A DNA stretch of 64,000 nt. Source: Eledone cirrhosa (Eukaryota). The stretch is from positions 34,968,001 to 35,032,000 of the forward strand of contig OZ024747.1 of NCBI GenBank assembly GCA_964016885.1, read 5' to 3'. The translations under genes and the position numbers were made by a program. The notes under the pieces were generated by a model. The model was not told the origin of the DNA. It did not search any database and was given only the letters and a program-made list of their open reading frames with translations. Below are positions 39,701 to 52,641 of this stretch, in pieces; position 1 is the stretch's first letter; each line of letters opens with the position of its first letter.

Positions 39701-42620
39701 TACAGATCACACACTTGTGATCTGAATAGGGGACCGTTTCAAAACGTAGACAGCTTACACTATTTCTGTCTATTTTCCGAATGAATATCCTGTCTATATA
39801 CGATCTAGATGACCCTCTGCGTGTAGCCCAGGTTCACACTGGCGGATTAGGGAAATCTAGTCGGTACCTGTCATACAGTTGGAACTGGCTGATCAGGTTC
39901 TTGAGGCTTTTGCACCCCCCCCCCGCTCCTATCGGATACTCCCACACAGTCCCAGCGTGCTTCTAAGATGCCGTTCCAGTCCCCCGCTAACAGTAAAGGG
40001 CGAGACGTAACCAGAAAGGCTTCCAGGCGTCTAAAGTCATCCGGCCGTCCTTCCCCAGTAGGAGCATAGACGGCCACAAGTCTAAAGGCACCACCTTGTT
40101 ATTGTTCACGTCCAGGACCAGTAACTTCCCGTCCCGGTCCCGGAAGATCGACCTTACTTCGAGATCCAGACCTTTCTAAAACAGCACAGACATCCCGCCT
40201 CCCATTCCCGGCCGGCTATCAGATGCAAAGATCTGATAGTCGTCGATAATGGGGTCTAGTTCCGCGCGTGTCGGAAATCCTTGTCTCGCCGACGGCAGTT
40301 ACATCCATTTCTATAGAACTGAGGTCGTTGAGCAGGTGACCCTGATTCCAGGACGATCACAGGCCCGGAACATTTAAACATCCTACTCTTAATACGGCCA
40401 TGTTGGCAGGTTAAACAGAGAGAGAGGAAGGTTTACTTACCTTCCGGGCTCTTGTGAAGGTCGGGTTGTTCGACCTCCATAGTTGGTGGTGTTTCTTTTG
40501 GGAACCCCTTTAAAAGTCTTTAAGTGGGTTTTACATTCGCGGTTCCCACGTCTGAGGAAAGCTGTATCGTATTTCTTTGAATATATCGAGCGACATTCGT
40601 ACCAGAACCAAATCTTCTGGCACGCGAAATGTGCTCGATTTAAAAATGTCCCCCTTTTTTTGGATATTTTCACTTCGAGGCCATCAGTTCGTTGTTGGCC
40701 CTCCTGACGAGCACGAAGTTTTGTATGTTTTATTGGTGTGATGTTATTTGTTTGCGTGGCTTTGGTGGTGATGGTTTTGGTTGTGTTGTTTCGGTTGTGT
40801 CTGTGTTTTGTTGTGAGTGCGGTGTCTCTGGTTTCAGATGTGTGTGTGTATATTTGTTCTTGCGTCTGTTTAGGTTGTTTGCGTTTGGGGATTCTGGTGA
40901 TGGTGATGGTGGTGTTGATGTTGGTGTTATTGGAGAGATGTTTGCGTGGGTGGTGTCTGCGTTTTTCATTATTGTGGGTTATTTTGAGCTTTGTTGAGTT
41001 TTTATTTTATTTTTGTGTTTCCTTTTTTGTATTTTGAGGGATTTGGGTTTTCCCTCATCTTCACTACTGGTAGATGAGGGGTCTGTGTCTGTAGGTGTGT
41101 CTGTATATATGTTTATGGTTTTATTGGTGTGTGTATTTTGGGGGGACGGGGAATTTGACAGCTTTCCTCGTTTCCCCTCTGGGTGGTCAATGTTGGTGGT
41201 GGTCTTTCTATTGGTGTTGTTGTTGGTGGTTTTGCCGGTGCTGGTGTTGGTTGTGGTCCTCCCCCCAGCGTCGGCAGCAGTGGAGCCTTTCGACCCCTTG
41301 CCTCTTTCAGCAGTTGAGAGCAGAAGGCTCGCAAATGGGTTTTTTCCCCACAAATAAAACACTGCGGCCTATTGCCTTCTGTCATAATGTGAATGACCGT
41401 CCCATTCTGAAGACGGATGTGATCCTGGATTGTCTTCACATTCTCGGGCCTGATCTGGAGAAGGATCTCCAGGTCAACCCCGGACCAGTCCTCCCTGGCC
41501 GTTATTGTCACTTCTATAGGGACGGTATCCGTCCCCTCCACAATCACACATCCCAGAAGCCACCACATGTCAAGTCCTGGTAGGATTCTCGGAATACGGA
41601 GACGGGCCGTTCTTTTCCCCATGTGGGAGGGGTACATTATGGTCTTGCTCGTTTTGCAAGGAGTCATAGTGTGTTTCATAGCGAGGGCTTCTGACTTGAA
41701 CAACACCGAAATGGTGCCGTACTGTCTGCTCATCTCTATGTATTCGGTGTCTTCTCTGATACACCTCAGCGCGATTTCGACATCTTCTTGTGGTATTAAA
41801 GCTGCCCTTTTGGTTTGTGTTGAGATGCATCTATAATGCACCGTTCTGGGCTCCACTGCCTCAAAAGCTTCTACCGTGACAGTTAAGTTGGCTCAGGTTT
41901 GCTCTTGCTTGATGAGCTTCCATGCCTGGGCCAACTTTTCATCTTTGTTTGAGAGGTCCATATTGAAGCATGGCCCCTTTTTTTGCTGCTGCCGCAGCGA
42001 AAGTGTTCTTCTTGTTTTCGTTGGGGGTGTTGTTGTCGTTGTCGTTGTTCTTGTTGGTGTTGTTGTTATCACTGTCGCTGTTATCATTGTTGTCTTTGTT
42101 GCCACCGTTGTTCTCGGTGCAGTTGGTATTGTTGCTGTTGGTGTTGTCGCTATTTGTTTTCATGTTAGTCGTGTTGATATTGTTGTTGCATTTGTTATTT
42201 TTTTTTTTTGTTATCTGTATTTTCGTTGTCGCTGTTACTGTCATTTTTTCAAAACTAGAGTTCTCATTGGTATCATTGGTGTCTTTGTTTACATTTTTTG
42301 TGGTGGTGTTTGTGTTAACAATTTGTGTTGATTTTGCTGTCGCGCTCCTCTCAACTTCTACGTCGTTGTCGCACGACAGCAGACATATCGCTTGGGGGCG
42401 TGGTTCAGCCATGTTTTTTTTCTCCGTAAAATGTTAAACATGTAAAAACAAAAGTTCAAAATTTGGGCCAAAAGGCCCAAATATTATACTTCCCCCTTCA
42501 CAGGGCAAAGTCTATGGGCTTATATACCTTACACAACAAGAAATATTTAACAACAAATAATTTTAACAGGCAAATAAAGCGACTTACTGGGAGCGAGCCA
42601 AAAAGACGTCCGAACAGACC
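36709..42620 (-). mobile_element. Full-length but decayed L1/Tx1 LINE (copy 2, sister family)
   Basis: Frameshifted ORF2 (37004-40401; NFRPISLLN, PAYADD, CKRC..ETVLHAL) and a divergent ORF1 (40437-42412; CFICGEKTHLRAFC); (ATT)n at both ends. Confidence 0.92.
36795..36872 (+). repeat. 14-bp minisatellite (AACAATAACAAAGT)n in the 3' UTR of LINE copy 2
   Basis: About 5 tandem copies visible. Confidence 0.85.
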
Positions 42621-42635
42621 AATAATAATAATAAT

Positions 42636-42690
42636 AATAATTGTTTCTACTTTAGGCACAAGGCCAGCAATTACCCAGTGCATTGTGCAG
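42636..42690 (-). mobile_element. SINE family A 3' fragment
   Basis: Reverse complement of GCACTGGGTAATTGCTGGCCTTGTGCCTAAAGTAGAAACAATTATT. Confidence 0.8.
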
Positions 42691-42827
42691 TATTAACTAG
42701 CTTACCAATGCACACTGTGAATATTTGCCCTAGGTGTCAGGAAGACACTCGTCATATATCTCAGAAACAATAATGAAAGAAAATAAAAATAATAATAATA
42801 ATAATAATTATTATTATTATTATTATT

Positions 42828-42958
42828 CGAGGTTAACTTTGCCTTTCATCCTTATAGGGTCGAAAACATAAAGTACCTGTCACGCACTGGGGTCGATTTA
42901 ATCGAATTTCCCCACCCCCAAATTACTGGCTTTATGCCTATATAAGAAACCATTATTA
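42828..42958 (+). mobile_element. SINE family A 3' half
   Basis: CGAGGTTAACTTTGCCTTTCATCC...GAAACCATTATT. Confidence 0.85.
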
Positions 42959-42969
42959 TTAATATTGAA

Positions 42970-43165
42970 TGCGGTGGATTGACAGTATCGGTAGAGGGTC
43001 GGACGCCATGCTTTCCAGCATAGTTACGTCCCTTTATGATCTGAGTTCAAATCCCGCCGAGGTTGACTTTGCCTTTCATCCTCACGGGGTCGATAAAATA
43101 AAGTACCAGTAATTCACTGGGTAATTGCTGGCCTTGTGCCTAAAGTGGAAACAATTATTATTATT
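42970..43165 (+). mobile_element. tRNA-derived SINE, family A
   Basis: Full head, B-box and ATT tail, which directly precedes LINE copy 3. Confidence 0.9.
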
Positions 43166-43735
43166 GAATGCCATGTTTGACGGAGGCTCGGCTCTGTAAG
43201 GTATAGTAATTTTTAACCGTTATAGCAATTGTAAATTGTTTAAAACTTGAACCAAATTGTAGATAAAGACACCCTCCTCCTTATGTGATGGGTCTTTCTG
43301 CCCGTTATTTGGCCCTTCGGGGTTAAATAACCAGTTATTGGGGTTTTGTGCCCAATATTCATTTGAAACCGTAAAAAAACATGGCTACAAAAAAGAATGT
43401 TCACAAGTCATTTCCACTCCTTCCGTCCTCTTCTTTCCCAATCGTCATTACGTCAGAGAACAGATTGTCTCTCTAACCTCCCTTCTCTAAATGTGATTTC
43501 GCCTCTTTCGCAAGCGACGCCATTAAAGAAAAAGAAATATATAGTTTCTCGTAGCGTTCTTCATCAAGAGAACGCGCGTACTGTGGAACATTTCTCCACG
43601 ACAACGACAACGACGAAAGATGTGTGCGGTAAAAACGCAAAGCCATTTCATTCGTCTGACGTCATGAAGAATAGCAGCAGCAGCCGTAATAACAGCAGCA
43701 GCAGCACCAGCAAGAACAACAGCAGCAGCAGCTGC

Positions 43736-43767
<32 letters not shown>

Positions 43768-46700
43768 AGAAAAACCAATCTCGTTTGAAGGTATCGCAAA
43801 GAACCTGGAAACCATCCTTATAACAAATGATGAATTACAGGAAGCAAAAAAGATGGTGACGAAAACCGCACACCGAGCAACCTGCAAGGCAACCGAAGAA
43901 TTGTTCGAAACCCAACAGCACTATACGGTCACGCACCGTACAGTAAGCACAAAATCACGTAGGGTTGAAAGAGTCACAGAGGCTCAAATACAAAACGCCT
44001 TAGAGTCTGTGTGGCAGCGGAAAACGCATATCACGCGAGGCAAGAAATATGCCATCGTGGACGTGCTTTTTGTCACACCCCAAGAGGCAAATGCTCAATC
44101 CTTAGTGACCCTAAGGAGCGAGGAAATGGTGTTGGTGCCCTCCTACTGCGGGCAAAAAATTGTGAGGGTCAAACTGACCCAAGTCCCCCCCCCCTCCTCC
44201 GGGATGGCCCCTTCTTGGCTGACCGCGTCTGTCCTCGTCGGAATCGAGGAGAAAACAACCGTACTGCAAGTACAGAAAAAAGTACGAGAAGATTGGGTTG
44301 GCGCCTCCGTTGAGATGTTAATTCAAACCAACCAGGAGTGCATCGAAGCTATCCCGGATGTGATAGACTTCGATAACGGCACTCAACTTCCCATAAGTGT
44401 TGAGGGCAAACGCCCGAAATGCTTTCGCTGTGGGTCGAAGACTCACCTCAGGGCCTTCTGAAACCGGCTCCACTGCTACCAGCAACAGGACAGGCTGCAA
44501 GCAGGAAGGATGGGTCCGTTGCACCCATACCCACGCCACGGAAATCAAGAACAGCAGCTGCAGCGGAAGTATTAACAACAACAACTGTAACACCAACTGC
44601 AGCTGCAACCGAGACTCCACTGAAACCATCACCGACAAGAACAAGTGAAAGAGTGGAGCTGATACACCTCCCCGACCTCACAGAATCGGACATGGAGTGT
44701 GAGGTTGGAAAGGGATGGCAAAAGGTCGCAAGAAGGCACAAACGCAGAAGCAGCGCATCGTCGCCTTCGAAAAGGGAGGAACAAATGAAAAAAGGGTAAA
44801 CGCTACTGCAAAGAGTCTTACAGCAGCAACACCACCAACACCATCAACACCCACACTAGCACTATCATCACCACCGGCGGCAACCCCACCGCCAACAACA
44901 ACACCACCTTCAATAACACCACCACAAACACCAGCATCGCAAACACAACAACAAAACATACACATCCAGCAACAACGACAAGAACATAGCAGAACTACAC
45001 TCCACCCCAGAAAAAGAAATGCACAGCAATATATACACACAACAAGAAAGTAATTACTTACATAATTAAACACACAGACATTTCACAGCACGACTACATA
45101 ATACCAGCACCAATCAAAACACCAGCGAACATAAGACTGGTAAGAATATCACAGAAACAATACACAAACATTAAAATGAAATTCCCCAACGCAGTTGGTG
45201 ATTTCAGAGACCTAGGAGGGACACTATACCGGAGAGTATACTCGGATATACTCACAGAAGAGCCGACGACCAGCCGAAGGGACGATTCAACGGTCCCTTC
45301 ACCAGACGATCAAGGTAAGTGATCTTTCCCACTTGCCCCGTTCCTCACCAAACATGGCCGTATTCGGAAGTGTAAATGTGCGTGGCTTAAGTTCGGTTTG
45401 GAAGAAGGCTCACTTGCTTAACGACATCATGTCACTAAACATAGATGTGGTGGCCATCAGCGAGACGGGAATCTCCGAAACGCAAGGTTTCGCACCGATC
45501 TTCGACGGTTACGAGGTATCCGAGCCGTCCGGGAGTGGGGGCGGAGTAGCTGTGTTGTTTCGGAAAGGCTTGGGTCTCGTCATACGTACCATCTTCCTGG
45601 ACCCAGAAGGTAAGACGGTGGTGCTGGACGTACGCGGCACCGAAGGTAACGCTTTCAGGCTAGTAGCCGTCTATGCCCCGATTTCTTTAGACGTCTCGAG
45701 ACCTTTCTTTGAACGTCCCGCTCTTTAGTGTTAGTGGGCGACTAGAACGGTATCTCGGATGCACGCTGGGATTGTGTGGGGCTAGTGGATAGGGGATGAG
45801 GGTGCAAGAGCCTCACCAACCTGCTCAGACGTTTTGAACTGTCCCACAGGTATTGATTGGATCACTCGAATGTGCCAATGTGGACATGGATAAACCGCAT
45901 CGGGTCATCCAGATCGTATCTCGATAGGGTATTCAGCAGAGAATTAGATAAGGCTAGTATAAGTTGTCCACAATTTAAAATAGTCGACTACACAGACCAC
46001 AAATTTGTAATCTGTGATATCGACATAGACAGACTTCATAGACAAGGACCCGGTTACTGGAAGCTGAACGCGTCTTTCCCGGCGCGCAAAGGTTATAGAG
46101 ACCGTATTAGCGAATTAGTTAAGCGGGCGTTGACGGGAGCGGTCGTCAACAACAGGTGCTGTTTAGCCCTGAAAAGGGAAATTAAAGTAGAATCGATTAG
46201 GTTTAGCAAAGGATTAGTGATAGAGGAACATAAAGTAGAGGGAGAGCTAGTCAGAAAGCTAGAAGAGGCGTTTAGGACAGGCATCGCAACCAACGTACTT
46301 GCGGCGAGATTGGCACTCGACCAATTCTTCAATGCAAAACACGAAGGCTGCGTTGTCAGAGCTAGAGCACGTGCTCTGAAACACGAGGGGTCAAAAGCCG
46401 TCCAATGGGCCCGGGTGGCAGAGGCGCGACGTGGCAACAATTCAGTTTTTTCTGACCAAAACAAGCCAATAACAACCGATGAAATACGTGGAGCGATGGC
46501 TAACAGCACGAGGGGTAAATCGCCAGTCTTGGATGGTCTGCCCTACGGGACATATGCATTTATGCCAGACTTGTTCGGTGACCTCTTGGCAGACGTCTAC
46601 AGCAATTGGCAGCAAAACGGGGCATTCCCAGTTTTGTGAGCCGGGGAGCGGTGGCGCTGTTGAGAACCACGCGAACAAGGGGGTGTTATCGATAACTTCA

Positions 46701-48831
46701 GGGCCATAACTCTGCTAAACGCAGAGTCCAAGTGTTTGGCGAAGGTGTTAGCGACAAGGGTTTGGTAGGAGAGGCGCAAACATGAGAGATCCATACACGA
46801 CACCCTCCACCTCAAGCGACACATCATAGAGAGAGTGGTTAAGAAACCTGGCACGGGTGGTGCACTGATCAACTTGGATCAATCCAAAGCATTCGATAGG
46901 GTCGACCATCGGTACCTGGCAGCAGTCCTCGAGGCAGCCGGCTTCGGGACCGTTTTCAGGGGCTGGATCGCTGCGATATACAGCGACATCTATTCAGTTG
47001 TGAGGGTGAACGGTCACCTATCGCAGCCGTTCAGCATCACACGCTCTGTCCGCCAGGGTTGTCCTCTCTCGACCCTCTTGTACGTATTGGCTCTCGAGCC
47101 CTTACTGCACAAACTGGGGGTGATAAGGGGCGTCTCACGCGAACCAGGATGCGGGAAATCCGAGTCGGCTTGCCCCACCGACGTCACGATGGTGGTGTTG
47201 TGCACCAGACACGTCCAGATGCTCGGCACCGCCCTCAAGGAATACGAGCGGTGACAGGAGCAAAGATAAACCAGGAAAAGTCGCTGGGCTTGCAGCTCGT
47301 TACCTGGAAATACAAGTCCATGCCGTCCGACAGTGTCGTGGGCGTTGGACGGACGGACCGGTTAAATTTCTCGGGGTCTGGTTCGGACCGGACCTCCAGA
47401 TGGAGAAAAACTGGAGCGAGGTGACGAGCAAGGTGGCCTTCCTCACCCAGAAATGGGCCGAGAGGAAGCTGTCCTGAAAAGCCGGGCGGAGGTGGCGAAT
47501 CCGTACATCGCATCCGTCATCTGCTACCGCCTCATCCTCGTCCCTTGCCCCGGCCCAACACTCACCACAATGGAGCGCCTCCTCTTCCGCTTTTTGTGGA
47601 AGGGACGCGCTCCCATGGTCAGACGATCCATCTGCTGACAACACACGTTCTGTGGAGGCCTGGGCATGCCATGGCTGATGATGCGCAAACATGCGCTGAG
47701 GCTGCGACATCTCTGGTGCTTCATTGACGGTGAACAGGTGTGGTCGCCGTCCACCAGGCACGTTTTTCCACAGCTTGTCTCCTTGACGGAGCTGCAGTCC
47801 TGGGTCAGGAAAAGACCGAGGGATAGCGCTTGGAAACTGGAATGTCTCCAGGCGCTCACTGCCCTCTGCCAGCTGGGCACCAGTATCGGTGGAACATCTA
47901 CCTCGGCGTTCTATAGAGGACTAGTGGACAGGAAGAGCAACGACGTTCTCGAAGAGATCCTGGGCGTCGAAGAAGATCAGCTGTTTGCTCTCTTCCGGAG
48001 AACTTTCAGCTCAGCGCCTATGGATAAATTCCAAATGTCCCTGGTCTGGCAGTGCTACCGGCGAGCGTTGCCGGTTCGAGATAAGCTCTACAGGCACGGA
48101 GGTACTGTCAGCCGACCCTCTCCGAGATGCGCGCAGAGCGACGAAATCATCGTGCACGCACTCGCTCAGTGCCTGAGCATTGCTAACTTGTGGAGCTATG
48201 TCGAACAGTGGCTGTCGCGTGTAGGACTCATCCAGTTATCGACTGAGTCCATTGTGGTTATGGTCTCGCCGTCTTCCTTCGAGGAGGAAGGGCATGCAGT
48301 TTTAATCTGCCCGGTGGCCATGGCGAAAGAGATTGTGTGGTGGACAAGGTTGAAAGGGTTAAAGATAGACACTTTCCTCTTCGGCGAATCCCTAATTAAC
48401 TTTTTCAAGTTTCACCTGAAGAGGATAATCAGGGTGGTGAGGCAAGTGCTGCCTTCTAGCAAGTTTGTTGAAAGGTGGGTGAATGTAGCGAGAATGGTCC
48501 GAGTGAACGGGACCGCTCTGAATAATCGCTTGTAGTTTGAGAAATGGAAACATTGAGACAGGGCGCTTGCCCTGGTTGTCAGGGTGGCCGTGGTCTTTTC
48601 TGTGGTTTTCGCCACAAGTAACCCTCGGAGGTTTACCCCTATTTGGGAATTTTTCATTGTTTCAATTTTCATTTGTATTGTTTATATTTATATGTTTCTG
48701 TCTTTTTCATTTTCTTATATAAATAATAAAAATCTTTACACGCACAGAATCCACATCGTACCGTCCTGTACAATCCCGTGCCGCCTGTAATGTTTTTCTT
48801 CATGTCAACCCTTGTGGCCAATAAAGAAATC
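43166..48831 (+). mobile_element. Full-length decayed L1/Tx1 LINE (copy 3, same family as copy 1)
   Basis: 5' end GAATGCCATG.TTGACGGAGGCTCGGCTCTG matches copy 1; fragmented ORF1 (43381-45322) and ORF2 (45353-48535) with internal deletions; (ATT)n tail. Confidence 0.93.
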
Positions 48832-48881
48832 ATTATTATTATTATTATTATTAATATTATTATTATTATTATATCATTATT

Positions 48882-49737
48882 ATCTATATATTAATTTCAA
48901 GAACGTCATTATTCCGTGTGTCATAATTCTCGATTATCATTGGTTCAGAGGTTTCAAACGACTCCCCCCACCTCAACGACGCCAAACTTAAATTAATATG
49001 CATAATGCCAATGAGGGAGTGAGAGGAGAGAGTAAGAAACAGAGTGGCAAATTGAATGCTGTAACTATTACCATGTGTGCGTTTGTATGTAATTGCGCGT
49101 ATGTTTATGTGTTTGTGCGTGCGTGCAGCGTTCCACATAAAGTAAAAGCAATTCGACTTTATCAAACAGTGAACTACATCGGCGACGGCGTGCAGCCAGG
49201 AATGAAGAAAATCGGGCCTAACAGCGCCATCGGAACGCCGAACTTCAGAGGCGAAGACGTGCCGCCATGAATGAAGACGAGCTGGCTGAACTACGCCAAC
49301 GAAACACTGGAGCTAAGCAGCGACGGCGTGCTGCGATGGTTGAAGACGAACTGGCTGAACATCATCTTTTATATTAATTATCTATATCTATATCTACATA
49401 TATTATAAAAGATTGGAACTTCCATCAGCCTTTTGGGAAACGTGGAACAACGACCTCTTTGCAATGATACACGTTTTACAGTCAGGCAGAAAATGAACCA
49501 TCTCCTAGAGGTCACTATTCTAGGTGGGATCACCTAGAATTGTTCATATACTATATACAAACGGTACAACAGAGAATCTGGTATATCTGGAAGATTGTCT
49601 TACTGCGTTTGATATCACACAGACACCATGGACTCGCCTCATACTGTAACCAGACAAACATCCAATACAGTCATCTTCTCTTTTACCTGTTTTCTCTTAT
49701 CATCTGTTTACCCGGCGAAGCTGGGTACGTCAGCTAG
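48882..49737 (+). mobile_element. Helitron internal-deletion derivative(s)
   Basis: a|TCTATAT starts at ~48883 and 49381; 23-aa R/E-rich repeats (49170-49362); Pif1 helicase pieces KIGTSISLLGNVEQRPLCNDTRFTVRQKMNHLLEVTIL and VGSPRIVHILYTNGTTENLVY; 3' hairpin CCCGGC GAA GCTGGG followed by CTAG|t at 49734-49738. Confidence 0.85.
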
Positions 49738-50029
49738 TTATTATTAATAGGGAATGATACACACCTGGTGGATAGTGTTAAGAAATCGCTCCCATAAGTT
49801 TTTTGATTTTTTACATTTTTAAAACAATTGTGATAGAATAATTTTTAGTACAAATGGATATAAGACACCAGTCTTAATTCTCAGGTAGTGACAACACATA
49901 ACACTATGGCATAGGGCTCCAATATTTAATTTTGTATCAGAAATGTTATAGTAAAAAAAGAAAATGTTTACAAATCGTCACAAATGGAAGAAAACAACAG
50001 CCCAATAATTTAGTGTACAGTGTTCGGCA

Positions 50030-50447
50030 ACCATCGATACCATTTTGTTCAACACTGACAAAGGAAGGGTGAACTAGTTTCTAGCTTATTAGATGTCATC
50101 AGCACCGTATACCTTCCTGTCAGTGAATTGAATGTTTGAAAGTATATGCTTTCCGTATGCATATTAACAACTGAGCAGCCTAACTTGCATATCGAGTGAG
50201 TTAGACGGCCGGGTGTACCGAAAACGATAAATGGAAAAAATGAAATTTCATTTCTCATTCTTAGTACGGCGGACAGGAAGGTATGCGGTACTGACGACAA
50301 CTAATAAGCTAGAAACTAGTTCATCGTTCCTTTGTCAGTGTTGAACAAAAGGGCAACCATGGTTGCCGAAGACTGTACGGCTACTAATTCGGGCTGTTTG
50401 TTTACAAACAAACCGAGCATTATAATAAATGTTCGGTAAACCCATAC

Positions 50448-50544
<97 letters not shown>

Positions 50545-51107
50545 TGTGTGTGCATGTATGTATGTATATACATACTAATGTACGTCTGTATACATATATG
50601 TATGTACGTATACATACTTATGTTTAAGTATCAGCCGTACTAAGTGTGAGAAATGAAATTTCATTTTTTCTATTTATCGTTTTCGGTACGCGCGGTCGAC
50701 TAACTCACTCGATATGCAAATTAGGCTGCTCATCCGTTAATATGCATAAATAAAGTATATACTTTCAAACGTTCAATCAACTGACAGGAAGGTATACGGT
50801 GCTAATGAGAGCTAATATGCTAGCAACTAGTTCATCGTTCCTTTGTCAGTGTTAAACAAAATGGCGACGATGGTTGCCGAACACTGTACGGCTAATAATT
50901 TGGGCTGTTTGTCTACAAACGAACCGAGCATTATAATAAATGTTCGGTAAATCCATACGTACATATATATATATGTGTGAATGTATGTAATGTATGTATA
51001 TACTACTGTACGTCTGTATACAAATATGTATGTACGTATACATACTTATATTTAAGTATCAGCCGTAATAAGAGTGAGAAATGAAATTACATTCATTTTT
51101 TCCATTT
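50030..51107. repeat. Older diverged copy of the hammerhead repeat family (inverted fragment plus ~1.6 tandem units)
   Basis: 50043-50270 has the same orientation as the 54.6-62.2 kb units; 50271-51107 is reverse-oriented. Hammerhead cores at ~50068-50106 (-), 50286-50326 (+) and a mutated one at ~50797-50837 (+). Confidence 0.88.
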
Positions 51108-51787
51108 ATATATATATATATATAAATATGTGTGTGTGTGTGTGGGCGGGGGCGTGAGTATTTGTGTGTGTGTGTATGTATGTATGTATGTATGTATGTA
51201 TATAAAATGTAAACAGAAAAACAGCACAATCGGTACAGAATATGAAAAGGATATATTAGATAGACGCTTGTTATAGCAGGAAGAAGGTGTTAACGTTTCT
51301 GACGCTAGTCCTTCACCAGAAGAAAGAATGAGATATAAGTTAGATTGAAGGGACGTGCGGGATGTAATTGGAAAAAAATGTCTCTAGATAAAAATAATAG
51401 GTCCATTCTTGTTGACATCTCTTGAAAAACTGTTGGTGCTGGCGTTTTGTGTATGATTTATTTGTTTAGAAAAGTGCATGAAGGAGCGCGTCTACCTGAA
51501 ATGTAAAAAAAAAACGTTATGTAAAAAGAGCTATACTTGTGCACGAACGTAAGCATATGTTTGTGTGTGTTTGTTTGTGTGTGTGTGATTGTGTGTGTGC
51601 GTTTGTGTGTCTGTTTGTGTGTTATTATACGTCCGTACGAAGCTAAGAAGAAATGTGTGTGTAATGGAGTAAAATACTGTGTGTGCATGTAAGTACGAAA
51701 CAATGAGCAAAAGTATGTTAATACAAGGGTGTGTATATGTGTATATATAAAAAGAAACGAAAGGAGCTGTGTGATTACTATAAACAA

Positions 51788-52600
51788 TGTTTAGGATGGT
51801 GGTATGGACGAAACAAGAGAAGAAAAGAAATGAAGAAAAGACTCCTTTGTCAGCTGTAATCCGCGATCAGGAAGTTTCGCTTATTTACAGGACATCCATA
51901 AGCGATCAGCGGTGCGCCCAAGGTCTTTTCTTAATCACAAGTCTTGGAGGAAAAGAAGGGAAAAAAGAGAGAAAAAGGAGGGGAAAATAAGGAAAAGAGT
52001 AAGAACAAAGATGGAAAGGTCGTGAGGAGAGAGGAAGGAAGAGAAAAAACAGGAGAACAGACTCCATCGTGGGGGACAGGACAATGGTACATGCAAGTAA
52101 GTAACCGAGGAAACTCCCTATGACTTCTGCCTCTCTCTTCCGGTTGCTCCATGTCTCTCTCTCTCTCTGGTACGATTGAGTCGACACGTTCACACTGGCT
52201 TCTTGGCGCATCCCTCCAGATTTATGTCTACCCGGTTTGCTATAACTTAATTATCCCATTTTTCCTCGGTTACTTCCTTGCATGTTCCATTGTCCTGTAC
52301 CCCCACGATGGGTTATGTTGACCTGTTCTTTTCTCTCTTTTTTTCTTTTTCTTCCTCTCTCTTCACCACCTTTCCCCTTTGTTCTTCTTCCTCTTTCCTT
52401 CATTTTCCTTCCGTTTTCTCTCTTTTTTTCTGCTCTTTTCCTCATGACCTTTTGATTAAGTAAATGCATTGAACGTACCGCTGATCGCTTATAAAGGTCC
52501 TATACATAAGCGCCGAAACATCTTGATGCCGGATTACAGCTGACGAAGGATTCTTTTTTTTATTTCTTCTCTTGTTTCGCCCATACCACCATCCTAAACC
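51788..52600. repeat. ~810-bp fold-back element (inverted arms ~330 bp)
   Basis: 51789-51917 is the reverse complement of 52474-52599, and 52064-52113 of 52261-52311; purine-rich and pyrimidine-rich tracts mirror each other. Confidence 0.85.
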
Positions 52601-52637
<37 letters not shown>

Positions 52638-52641
52638 GTGT

